Positions 1 through 8,665 of a stretch of 64,000 bases of DNA are shown here, in pieces. The notes beneath the pieces are model-generated. The model ran no database searches. It saw only the letters and a program-made list of their open reading frames with translations, and was not told where the DNA came from. Numbering within the stretch: the stretch's first letter is position 1; every line of letters begins with the position of its first letter. The position numbers and the translations under genes are program-made. Source of the stretch: a virus; IMG/VR virus record IMGVR_UViG_3300032323_003754, positions 1 to 64,000 of that record, one strand, 5' to 3'.

Positions 1-290
1 AATTTATAGGAGATGACGGCAGCAAGGATAAAATAACCACTTTGGCGAAAAGTGGAATTCCTTTTAAGTTTTCTAATGCATTTTCTCAATTTCAATACGA
101 CCCAGCAAAAGCGTGTAAGGACTACAAAGGGTGGAGTGCAGGCACAGTATCCATTCTAAACAAAGCATTTAAGATTACATATAATAAAAGCCTAGATAAG
201 CACCTAGCCAATAAGCTTTCATCTTGGTACGGATCAGTAAATGATGATATAGACGCTTTCAGAAAGAAATTTGCTTCGGTTCTTTCGTAG
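1..290 (+). CDS. Hypothetical protein, 5'-truncated by the window edge
   Basis: The frame of ORF 42..290 is open back to base 3 (FIGDDGSKDKITTLAK...), so the TTG at 42 is probably internal; ends TAG at 290. Confidence 0.6.
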   Translation, partial: FIGDDGSKDKITTLAKSGIPFKFSNAFSQFQYDPAKACKDYKGWSAGTVSILNKAFKITYNKSLDKHLANKLSSWYGSVNDDIDAFRKKFASVLS

Positions 291-338
291 AAGTTTCGCG
301 AAACATAAGTACATTTAGGGATATAAAATATAAATTTT

Positions 339-878
339 ATGTCCCTTTTTGTTATAGAGGGAGCTAGAAAATCAGGTAAAACCCATTTCGTTAGTTCCCA
401 AAATTGGATTCCAGTATTTAAATTTGATTTTAACGGTGTTTATACATCATTAAATTTACCTCTTACTGGGGATAAAACACACCACATAGGATTGGGTAAA
501 GAACTAATGGTTCAACAATTAAATAGAGATGGATTTTTACCTGATCTAATGATGGATAGAGGTATTATAACAAATTCAGTTTGGGGTATATTAAATAACA
601 GGGTAACTAAAAAATCAGTTTATAAAGAACTTGATTATATGTTAGATAATGGCCTTTTTAAAAATACATTTTTTTTCCTTATAACAGGTACACATCCAGA
701 GAAAAGGGAAAAAGATGTGTGGGATAAAATGGACGAAAGAATACCAGAAGAAAGAGCACTTTTTCTTGAATTTGCAAATCACCTAATAGAAAAGGGGGTT
801 AATATACAAATCATTGAAAATAGATTTGATGCAGAATCCCTATCTAATTTTCAAACTATAATTAAGAATTTAAAATAA
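339..878 (+). CDS. P-loop nucleoside monophosphate kinase (thymidylate-kinase-like)
   Basis: N-terminal FVIEGARKSGKT Walker A and LMMDRG motif typical of dTMP/dNMP kinases; stop overlaps next start (TAATG). Confidence 0.65.
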   Translation: MSLFVIEGARKSGKTHFVSSQNWIPVFKFDFNGVYTSLNLPLTGDKTHHIGLGKELMVQQLNRDGFLPDLMMDRGIITNSVWGILNNRVTKKSVYKELDYMLDNGLFKNTFFFLITGTHPEKREKDVWDKMDERIPEERALFLEFANHLIEKGVNIQIIENRFDAESLSNFQTIIKNLK

Positions 879-2302
879 TGTGCGGAATATTAATTGCTAA
901 TAACCCATCAGATGAAAGAATAAAATCTATTACACATCGAGGTATAGAATATTCTACCCATTCTGACGAATCGGGTTTAACCCTTGTACATCACAGATTA
1001 CCTATTCAGACTGCAATTGGGGATAAATGGATCCAACCAATAGAGATATCAAAAGACCGCTATCTTTTATTTAATGGGGAGATTTTTAATTATCCCCTTG
1101 GATTTAGCTCAGATACTGAGTATTTAGTAAGTCTTTTTTCGTCCTTTGACTTTTCATCACTTGAAATGTTTAGCGCCATCTACGAGCCTTATATTAAGTC
1201 CTGGGATGGGTTTTGGGCTATATGTCTGGTTGACATGGCCAAAAAGGATGTGTTTTGCTTTACCGATCCCCTAGGAAAGAAATGTCTATACTATAACGAG
1301 ATGGGCGAGATATGCTCGGAGATGAAGGGATTGATTACTCGGGATTCTTTTATGGATAATGGTTTTATGGGAGGTGTGAGAAAATGGGGATATATTCCCA
1401 ATGAGTCTACCCCATTTTTAGACATTAAAAAGATAAAGCCTAATACATTTTATAAGTGGAATTTTTCTTCACCGTCATTCAAGCAAGAATATGGTCCCTA
1501 TTTCGCATTTAAACCATCCAAATTTGCATTTGAATCCGAAGATATGTTATTGGATTGGGTGTGGGAAAAAACTGAAGCAGCGACAAGAAATAGGCTCCTA
1601 AGCTTAGATTATCCTATATCCATATTACTATCAGGAGGATTAGACTCTTCTATTATAGGTGGTCTACTACTAAAGCTTGGCGCTGATGTTAGCTGGTACA
1701 CTATAAATAATGGACCAGATAACGATTATGTTAAGGAGTGTGAGTCTTATTGGGGAATAAAGGTAAATCGACTGGATTACTCAATGCAGGAAGATTCTCT
1801 AAATCTCCCAGATCTCTATTTTAAATGGAACGAAAGCCCAGTAGATCTAGGAAGTGTTATTCCACAGTATCTTTTGTTCGATGCAATTAAAAAAGGCACA
1901 GATACACGCATAGTATTATCGGGTGACGGAGCAGACGAAATGTTTGGTGGATACAGAAGAATTAACGAATATGATTCGCAGGCATCTGATGTTTTTCACG
2001 AGTTAACCTACTATCACCTTCCACGATTAGATAAAATGAGTATGGCTCATACACTAGAACTTAGAAATCCTTTTCTAAACCTGGAGCTTATGCAATTAGC
2101 ACTGTCTCTTCCTTTGGAAATGAGAAGAAATAAAACTATTCTTAAAAAGGCTTTTAAGGGTTTGGTTCCGGATTCTGTAATAGAAAGAAAAAAGCATCCC
2201 CTTAAGAACGAAAAGATAGTAAAAGATCCTATGGAATATAGGATAGAGTCTTTAAAATACTTCGGAGAAGGATTTAATCAATATAAAGAGGGTCTAAAAT
2301 AA
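878..2302 (+). CDS. asnB: Asparagine synthetase B-like glutamine amidotransferase (Ntn + adenylation domain)
   Basis: MCGI N-terminal nucleophile, HHRL, FNGEIFN, LLSGGLDSS PP-loop, VLSGDGADEMFGGY, DKMSMAHTLELRNPFL. Confidence 0.88.
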   Translation: MCGILIANNPSDERIKSITHRGIEYSTHSDESGLTLVHHRLPIQTAIGDKWIQPIEISKDRYLLFNGEIFNYPLGFSSDTEYLVSLFSSFDFSSLEMFSAIYEPYIKSWDGFWAICLVDMAKKDVFCFTDPLGKKCLYYNEMGEICSEMKGLITRDSFMDNGFMGGVRKWGYIPNESTPFLDIKKIKPNTFYKWNFSSPSFKQEYGPYFAFKPSKFAFESEDMLLDWVWEKTEAATRNRLLSLDYPISILLSGGLDSSIIGGLLLKLGADVSWYTINNGPDNDYVKECESYWGIKVNRLDYSMQEDSLNLPDLYFKWNESPVDLGSVIPQYLLFDAIKKGTDTRIVLSGDGADEMFGGYRRINEYDSQASDVFHELTYYHLPRLDKMSMAHTLELRNPFLNLELMQLALSLPLEMRRNKTILKKAFKGLVPDSVIERKKHPLKNEKIVKDPMEYRIESLKYFGEGFNQYKEGLK

Positions 2303-3778
2303 ATAAATTCCACCTAAGGCGTTACCCTTTGATTTAAGTGGTGAATAATCGGATGGTTCTTTAGTTAAAATAAAGGTCTTGCTTGAATCTACTACGAGAC
2401 CAGCCATTTCCATTAAAGCTCTATTAATTAGGATTGGGGTACTCTTGTTTATTCTATCAACGAGGGAGAATTTAACTTTTTTATACACCATTTCTCCAAA
2501 TTCTATATCTAGAAGAATAACCGGTCTTTTGTCAGTTTGATCTCCAACCTCTGCATAGGAGTATTCTATAATTCTGTTGCTATAGCTTTTACCCCCTATT
2601 GTCCAGTTTAGAAATCCATCAACTTCTTCTGAGAAATCAGCATGTAAAGAGCAAGCCAATGCCCCGTTTCCTGTGTCAAGTTTACCTACAAAATTTCCAA
2701 CTCCTTTAACCTCAAACATTTCTCTGAATCCTACCATTTTTCTAGGGTAGTTCCAGTTTTTCTTGTTTAAAATAAAATCTAGGATAATTCCAGTTACATC
2801 TAATCCAGTTGCTGATTCTATGCCATCTGTACCGGGGGAGGCATTCACTTCTAATACGTATGGTTGGCCTGTGTTTTTTTCTAATATGACATCAACACCG
2901 CACCATGAACATTCAGTAGCTTTTGCAGCTTCTATCGCTATATTTTCAATCTCCTCAGGTATTTCAACCGATTCTGCCTGACCACCAAGAGAAACGTTTG
3001 TTCTAAAATCGTTCTCTATCCTATTTCTTCTCATAGAGGCTATGATCGTATAATTATCTCCGTTGTATGAATTTTTGGTACCAACAACATGAATTCTTAG
3101 ATCGTAATCTGCTTCTATTTTTTCCTGCAGTATTAATTCAGTTTGTGGGGAAAGCTTCCATATTGTTTGTAAGGTAGAAAGCATTGATGCTATAGAATCT
3201 ACTTGGAAAACCCCTATTCCTTTTGTACCGCTTAGTAATTTCACTACGATAGGGAATGTTCCCCCCACTTTCTTTACTGCGTTTTCTATATCCTCTTCGG
3301 ATGATACCAAAGCTGTTTTAGGTGTTGATATTCCCTTTTCCTGCAATTTTTGTACAGTATCAAGCTTATCCTCACAAAGAAGAACAGATTTTAAAGAATT
3401 AACAGAGACAAATCCTAGAGATTCTAGCTTTTCAAAGAATTTAACTGCACCTGTAGAGTTAATAGAGGATCTTCTAGCCAATACAACAGTATTTCTAACA
3501 TCGATCTCATACTTATTCTGGCTTCCCTTATTTCTGATAAAAAAGCTTCCGGTCTCGGTTCTTTCTATTTCACCCTGTGATGTATTAATTATGATACACT
3601 TAAAACCTAATGATGAAGATTTTTGCATCATCTTTTTAACCGTAGGGGCTAAAGAATTTTTCTTTGATTCTAACTCAGTTGTTAGAATCACAAGAGATAT
3701 TGGCTTCTTGTTTGGAGCAGGAACTTTGTTAGCTCCGTGGAAAATAAAATCGTCCTCGTTTTCTGTTAGGTGATACAT
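2294..3778 (-). CDS. rimK: RimK-family ATP-grasp ligase fused to a C-terminal retropepsin-like (RimK-associated protease) domain
   Basis: CEDK, TPKT, FPIVVKLLSGTKGIGV, ILQEKI, DLRIHV, DFRTNVSLGG, CGVDVI, VLEVNASPG; C-terminal GKLDTGNG and ILINRALM. Confidence 0.85.
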   Translation of the reverse strand: MYHLTENEDDFIFHGANKVPAPNKKPISLVILTTELESKKNSLAPTVKKMMQKSSSLGFKCIIINTSQGEIERTETGSFFIRNKGSQNKYEIDVRNTVVLARRSSINSTGAVKFFEKLESLGFVSVNSLKSVLLCEDKLDTVQKLQEKGISTPKTALVSSEEDIENAVKKVGGTFPIVVKLLSGTKGIGVFQVDSIASMLSTLQTIWKLSPQTELILQEKIEADYDLRIHVVGTKNSYNGDNYTIIASMRRNRIENDFRTNVSLGGQAESVEIPEEIENIAIEAAKATECSWCGVDVILEKNTGQPYVLEVNASPGTDGIESATGLDVTGIILDFILNKKNWNYPRKMVGFREMFEVKGVGNFVGKLDTGNGALACSLHADFSEEVDGFLNWTIGGKSYSNRIIEYSYAEVGDQTDKRPVILLDIEFGEMVYKKVKFSLVDRINKSTPILINRALMEMAGLVVDSSKTFILTKEPSDYSPLKSKGNALGGIYLF

Positions 3779-3795
3779 CTAAATCTTAATTGTTC

Positions 3796-3803
3796 TATAT
3801 ATC
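3796..3803 (-). promoter_or_regulatory. Putative late promoter GATATATA upstream of rimK
   Basis: Exact motif 17 nt upstream of the ATG at 3778; the same motif recurs before many genes. Confidence 0.6.
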
Positions 3804-3810
3804 CTCGGGA

Positions 3811-3838
3811 AACAAAAAAGGGATCCTAAGATCCCTTT
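3811..3838 (-). terminator. Intrinsic terminator after the acidic-protein gene
   Basis: Perfect stem AAAGGGATC-(CTAA)-GATCCCTTT (3817-3838) running into a U-tract on the minus strand, 20 nt past the stop at 3858. Confidence 0.8.
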
Positions 3839-3857
3839 ATATTGTATTATTTATTTT

Positions 3858-4415
3858 TTAGTTAAAAAATTGATTGAAAGAAGGATTTGCAATAGACTCT
3901 TGTTCTTCCTCTTCGTAATCTTCGGTTTCGTAAGTTTCCTCTTCTTCTTCCTCAGTTAATTCATCGTCTTCTTCGGTCAATTCATCGTCTTCTTCAGTTA
4001 ACTCTTCCTCTTCTTCGGTTAATTCTTCATCCTCGTCTTCTTCCATGTTATACTCATCGATTGTTGATTGGAATTCTTCATCATCCATTTCATAGATATC
4101 AGATCCTTCCTCTTGCTCTTCCTCTTCATTATCGGATTCTTCGTCAGATTCCATATCATCAAATTCCATATCTTCATCATCAGATTCTGAATCGTCATCC
4201 GAATCTAGATCGAACGCTTCCTCTGATCCTTCAGTTTCTTCGTTTTCGTCTTCAATTTCATCATCAGAATCCATTTCTATAGAATCTGCACCACCGTCAG
4301 TGTCCATATCCATGTCCATGTCATCAGATTCTATTTCAGTATTATTGTCTTGGCCAAGTGTTCCTTCAGTGTATTGTTTAGAAAACTCCTCAAAACTTAA
4401 GATCTTTTTTTCCAT
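3858..4415 (-). CDS. Extremely acidic (D/E-rich) protein, possible prohead core/internal protein
   Basis: Roughly half D/E; N-terminal KKILSFEEF motif; tandem ELTEE(D/E)(D/E) repeats. Confidence 0.7.
   Translation of the reverse strand: MEKKILSFEEFSKQYTEGTLGQDNNTEIESDDMDMDMDTDGGADSIEMDSDDEIEDENEETEGSEEAFDLDSDDDSESDDEDMEFDDMESDEESDNEEEEQEEGSDIYEMDDEEFQSTIDEYNMEEDEDEELTEEEEELTEEDDELTEEDDELTEEEEEETYETEDYEEEEQESIANPSFNQFFN
3940..4030 (-). repeat. Imperfect 21-bp tandem repeat encoding ELTEE(D/E)(D/E) x4
   Basis: Protein reads ELTEEEEELTEEDDELTEEDDELTEEEEEE. Confidence 0.8.
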
Positions 4416-4433
4416 TTTTGAATTATTTATATC

Positions 4434-4441
4434 TATATATC
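4434..4441 (-). promoter_or_regulatory. Putative late promoter GATATATA
   Basis: Exact motif 18 nt upstream of the ATG at 4415. Confidence 0.6.
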
Positions 4442-4461
4442 TTTTTCTGCGAATATATTTA

Positions 4462-4716
4462 CTATTCTCCAGGTTCTCCCATTGTAGCAGCTGTCCCGGA
4501 TTCAGTAGCTCCGCGTCCCGGATAATCTATTTTAGATTGGTGTTTGAATATTGCATCGCCGTATCCAACATACTCGTATGGCTTCTCTAATTTTATCTCA
4601 TGGAAAGGGGATCTATCCTCCTTACTCATGTTTTTAGGATTCCATGGATCGTTTATAACTTTTAGAAATTCTTTGAATTCTAAAATTTCTCTCTTTTTAA
4701 CGTCTTTCTGATGCAT
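4462..4716 (-). CDS. Small hypothetical protein
   Basis: Co-oriented with neighbours; contains the ILEFKEF motif. Confidence 0.6.
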   Translation of the reverse strand: MHQKDVKKREILEFKEFLKVINDPWNPKNMSKEDRSPFHEIKLEKPYEYVGYGDAIFKHQSKIDYPGRGATESGTAATMGEPGE

Positions 4717-4730
4717 ATCGTTTTTTAATT

Positions 4731-5423
4731 TTAGTTTAGTCCTAATAGACCCATTATTCCTCCTCCTATTCCAGTATCACCAGTTTGGGTCTCTGATTTA
4801 GAAGCTTTAGCTATATCTTTTTCGGAAAATCTACCACCTCCAAATATATCTTTAAATGATGTACCTTCCCCACATACTACTCCTTCTATCTTGCGATTTA
4901 TCATTTGTGAAAATTCGGTTGAATTCAAATAGTTAGTAGCGGTTTCCCTAACAGTCGCTGCTGCAGTTCCAAGAATTCCGCTGTTCATGTTAATATCCAG
5001 TCCTAATCCCCTAGCCAATATGTCTATTGCTTTTTCTTCAAGGGTCTCTTTAAGACCATCCGCTATTGCTTGAACCCAATATTTACACGATCCTTGGCCG
5101 AAGTAATCTCCGATTTTTGTAAATTGGATTTGTTCAACTACGTTCTTTGCAAATTCAGTAAAAAATTCGTTATTATCAGGAAGACCCATTTTTTGTAATA
5201 ACCATCCGGCAGCATAGTTTTTCATTCTATCAGTAAAACCGTCCGAAAGGGTTGAACCTAGGCTTTTTATAAGGTCCCAGATTCCTTCATTGATCTCTTC
5301 TACAGTGTTCCCCTTAGATACCATATCATTGTAATGGGCTTCTAATCCCTCAACAAGTCTCAGGTATTGATCGTTGTTAATTGACTCATCTAATTTGAAC
5401 TGAGAATATTTGATAACTTTCAT
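4731..5423 (-). CDS. Hypothetical protein, candidate capsid-internal/ejected protein
   Basis: 230 aa; starts MKVIKYSQFKLDES and has INEG(IWD); glycine-rich hydrophobic C-terminus. Confidence 0.7.
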   Translation of the reverse strand: MKVIKYSQFKLDESINNDQYLRLVEGLEAHYNDMVSKGNTVEEINEGIWDLIKSLGSTLSDGFTDRMKNYAAGWLLQKMGLPDNNEFFTEFAKNVVEQIQFTKIGDYFGQGSCKYWVQAIADGLKETLEEKAIDILARGLGLDINMNSGILGTAAATVRETATNYLNSTEFSQMINRKIEGVVCGEGTSFKDIFGGGRFSEKDIAKASKSETQTGDTGIGGGIMGLLGLN

Positions 5424-5440
5424 TCCTACATTCTTTTTAT

Positions 5441-5479
5441 TATATATCTCTCCTTAATAATAAAACCCCTAGATATATA
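5441..5479. promoter_or_regulatory. Divergent pair of putative late promoters
   Basis: GATATATA on minus (5441-5448, 17 nt before ATG 5423) and on plus (5472-5479, 21 nt before TTG 5501). Confidence 0.6.
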
Positions 5480-5500
5480 GACGTAATCAAAATCCACACA

Positions 5501-6106
5501 TTGAAACATATATTCTCTTATAAGGATCTATTTGAAAGCACCTCGGCAGGATCCCAGGATAGGGGTACTGCAGATATATCCCCATTTAAATTTGCTATTA
5601 ATTATGATCCTAGGCTGGGTTATACCAAAAAAGATTTTTCGATGGATCTTATTGAAATTTACAAGGGTATGTCTAAAAGAGAGAGATCTGAGTTAATGAA
5701 TGTCGTTTTTAAATCGGGAGGAATATTTAGAATTTCTGAAATACCAGATCTTTCCCAGGAAACGGTTGATAGAATCATAAAAGAGGTTGAAGCACACCTC
5801 GATAGTAAATCTGTTTATAAAATGCAGGTACTTCCTGATGGATATATTCTTTGCTATGAGGGATTAAAGCATAAGGGTAGATTCTGTGATGTTTATTATT
5901 CACCGACGGAATCCAAGGTTAAAATATCATATACGGATACCTACCCAGAGATGGAAAATGTTATAATTTCTTTGGAATCCTTTAATCCTTCATCGGTAAA
6001 TATAGAATCGGACGATTTCGAATCAACAAAGAATAAGTGTGATAACTTTGTAGGAACTAACCAAATTATAGCATCGAAAGATAGTCCCGATAATTATTCA
6101 CTATAA
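5501..6106 (+). CDS. Hypothetical protein
   Basis: 201 aa ORF, TTG start, N-terminus MKHIFSYKDLFES. Confidence 0.65.
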   Translation: MKHIFSYKDLFESTSAGSQDRGTADISPFKFAINYDPRLGYTKKDFSMDLIEIYKGMSKRERSELMNVVFKSGGIFRISEIPDLSQETVDRIIKEVEAHLDSKSVYKMQVLPDGYILCYEGLKHKGRFCDVYYSPTESKVKISYTDTYPEMENVIISLESFNPSSVNIESDDFESTKNKCDNFVGTNQIIASKDSPDNYSL

Positions 6107-6794
6107 ATTCTATAGATTTATCCTTAATTATATCAAAGGATATTTCATCCTCTCCTTTGTTCTTTTCTAGATCAACAACGATAAAACAGTGTGACTTTTT
6201 AGAAAAGATGTCAATCTCTTTATTGAAAAAATCATAAATTTTCCTATCAGATTTGGTGTAGCTAGGAATTGGATCCAATAGCTCGCTGAGAAGTAATCCA
6301 ACCTGATCTATATCATCGACCTTTATTATTGAAAAAGCCCAGGAGTATATTTTCATCTTCTTGTCTTTGTTATTTCTCATGATAACAAATCCCTTATCTT
6401 TTGCGAAGATGCCGTCGTTGTGTATTTTAAACTTTATGGATCTTTCTATTTCCTCTAGGTATGGACTTATTTTGTTGAAAAATCCATCCAGTACCTCCAG
6501 GCTACCCTCAAGAATATAATCAATTTCCTCGTCATGCTGGGTTAAAATGGTAAGCTCGTTAATCCTGTCTATTTCATTCTGGGTCATGGACCTCAGAGTT
6601 TTGTCGCTTAGCCTATTGGTCTTTTGGAAGTTTTTGATGTCATTGTAAACCCTGGTTATTTTTTGTATCTGTTCTGAATATTTCTTTTGCCCCAAATCAT
6701 TTTCAACGGATTGCAGGAAATCCATTAAAACATAGTACTTATGCTCAGCATCTACCGGGGTTTGTAAAAACCAATATGGTTGTAAACTCTTCAT
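6066..6794 (-). CDS. Hypothetical protein
   Basis: 242 aa ORF; convergent overlap with the previous gene. Confidence 0.7.
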   Translation of the reverse strand: MKSLQPYWFLQTPVDAEHKYYVLMDFLQSVENDLGQKKYSEQIQKITRVYNDIKNFQKTNRLSDKTLRSMTQNEIDRINELTILTQHDEEIDYILEGSLEVLDGFFNKISPYLEEIERSIKFKIHNDGIFAKDKGFVIMRNNKDKKMKIYSWAFSIIKVDDIDQVGLLLSELLDPIPSYTKSDRKIYDFFNKEIDIFSKKSHCFIVVDLEKNKGEDEISFDIIKDKSIEFIVNNYRDYLSML

Positions 6795-6940
6795 CGTTAA
6801 TAACTATAATATATAACCCAAATTCCCCAGGATTCCTCTATCAAAAAAAATATTTTTGATTTTTGGAAACTTTCCCTAAAAAGACTGCTAAGATTGTTAT
6901 CCTATAACATCCTGGGTTATGAATATATCTATAGTATCTT

Positions 6941-7519
6941 ATGAGCCCCTTTCTTATAATAGCTTACTACACTACAGGAAACCATTACGAAGATCTCTCG
7001 GAAAATCTTAAAAAATCTTGTAACGATTTTAATCTCCCCCTGGTTTTAAAGCCAATCCAAAACCTAGGATCCTGGGAAAAGAATACACACTATAAGGCAG
7101 ACTTCATTTATGAGTGTCTCAATACGTATAATCAAAACCTAGTTTATGTGGATGTTGATGCAGTCTTTAGAAAATACCCAACCCTCTTTGGAGAATTAGA
7201 TTGTGATATTGCATTCCGGACAGAGAACTTTAAATGGAGAAAGAACGAGGCTTTAAGCGGTACTATATTTCTAAATAATAACGATAAGGTAAGAACCCTA
7301 GTTAAAAATTGGATTTCTATAAACGAATCTACCCCTGCTGTTAGAAATTCCCCCATGACCTGGGAACAAGCTAATATGCAAAAGGCAGTTCAATTTGACC
7401 GGGGTATTAATTATTATAATCTCCCACCGGAATACACGTACATCTTTGATCACACTAAAAGAATGTACCCAAATATAGAACCAATCATTGAGCACTTTCA
7501 GGCATCTAGAAAGATCTGA
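6941..7519 (+). CDS. GT-A glycosyltransferase, nucleotide-diphospho-sugar transferase (GT77-like)
   Basis: W..NT.YKA.FI, LVYVDVDAVF (DxD), LSGTIFL, WEQANMQ, LPPEY, IEHFQASR. Confidence 0.7.
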   Translation: MSPFLIIAYYTTGNHYEDLSENLKKSCNDFNLPLVLKPIQNLGSWEKNTHYKADFIYECLNTYNQNLVYVDVDAVFRKYPTLFGELDCDIAFRTENFKWRKNEALSGTIFLNNNDKVRTLVKNWISINESTPAVRNSPMTWEQANMQKAVQFDRGINYYNLPPEYTYIFDHTKRMYPNIEPIIEHFQASRKI

Positions 7520-7525
7520 TATATA
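7518..7525 (+). promoter_or_regulatory. Putative late promoter GATATATA inside the glycosylation cluster
   Basis: Exact motif 18 nt upstream of the ATG at 7544. Confidence 0.55.
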
Positions 7526-7543
7526 AAAAATAATAAAAAAAAA

Positions 7544-8665
7544 ATGTCCTTCGAAAAAATAAGAAGACTCAGGGTTTCTTTCGGTAACTTTTTAAAAGAA
7601 CCGGAAAAAGAAAAAGAAAATATCAAAAGCGTTGAGATTAAAAATAGACCCCTGAGCAGTATGACCCCTACCATTATTAGTTACTATTCAGATTTCAATG
7701 ATACCAAGTATTATGAGAATTTTGCTAATATCCTAACAGAAAGATGTAAATCCTTTAATGTACATCATGATATAAGTGAGCTACCGTCTAGAGGTAATTA
7801 TGGAGTTAACTGCCTAATGAAGCCCGAATTTATATTGAGTAAAATAAAAGAATACAAAAAACCTTTAATCTGGATGGACTGCGATACTGATTTTAGAGAA
7901 CCTTTCCCACAGTTTAACGAAGTTAAGGAAGATATAGGTATGGCAACGCATAGCGGGGATCTTGACGGAATCAAAGCATCCCCTTTATATTTCAATTATA
8001 CCAAAGGTGCTTTTAGAATAATAAGAGAATGGGTAGTCCATTGTAGAGCTTGTTATGACCAAGGAATAGTCGAACTTGATCATGATGCGTTAAAGCATTA
8101 TGTTCTAGATTTTTTAAATGGATCATATACATCTTATTTATTAACACACAACTGGAATGATTTTGTGCATGGACGTTATATCTGGAATGGGAATTCAAGG
8201 GTTGATGGAAAGATGCAAATACACAAAAAAGTTGGTGTAAGCGACGATGTGAGAAGATCTTATTCTAACGGAGTTAAATACATTAAATTGTTTTTTGAAT
8301 CTGAAAATGAAAAAGTATTTGAAAGTGCCTTGAATTTTTTAAACAAGTTTTCTAACAGATCTAGATTATCCTTTAACTTTTCTCCTAAGCTTCTATCTGT
8401 ATCTAAAAACAACGGGTACTTTAATTCACTTGAAATAGAATCAGGTGGATCCGTATATTTCGATGATATCGATTTTGATAATAATACTATTGGTAAAACC
8501 AATGTTTTAATTTCGGTCAATAACGTTAAAGACATAGAAAATGAATGGGATCTTAAAATACTATCAATGGTAGAAGGAGATGTTAATCCTCTTTATGAAC
8601 TAAATTTTAATGATGATGGTAAAGGCGGTATTAAAATAAAAACATCTAGAAAAATATGGATATGA
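7544..8665 (+). CDS. GT77-like glycosyltransferase with extra C-terminal domain
   Basis: NCLMKPEFI, LIWMDCD (DxD), ASPLYF, EW, DHDAL; paralogous pattern to 6941..7519. Confidence 0.65.
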   Translation: MSFEKIRRLRVSFGNFLKEPEKEKENIKSVEIKNRPLSSMTPTIISYYSDFNDTKYYENFANILTERCKSFNVHHDISELPSRGNYGVNCLMKPEFILSKIKEYKKPLIWMDCDTDFREPFPQFNEVKEDIGMATHSGDLDGIKASPLYFNYTKGAFRIIREWVVHCRACYDQGIVELDHDALKHYVLDFLNGSYTSYLLTHNWNDFVHGRYIWNGNSRVDGKMQIHKKVGVSDDVRRSYSNGVKYIKLFFESENEKVFESALNFLNKFSNRSRLSFNFSPKLLSVSKNNGYFNSLEIESGGSVYFDDIDFDNNTIGKTNVLISVNNVKDIENEWDLKILSMVEGDVNPLYELNFNDDGKGGIKIKTSRKIWI

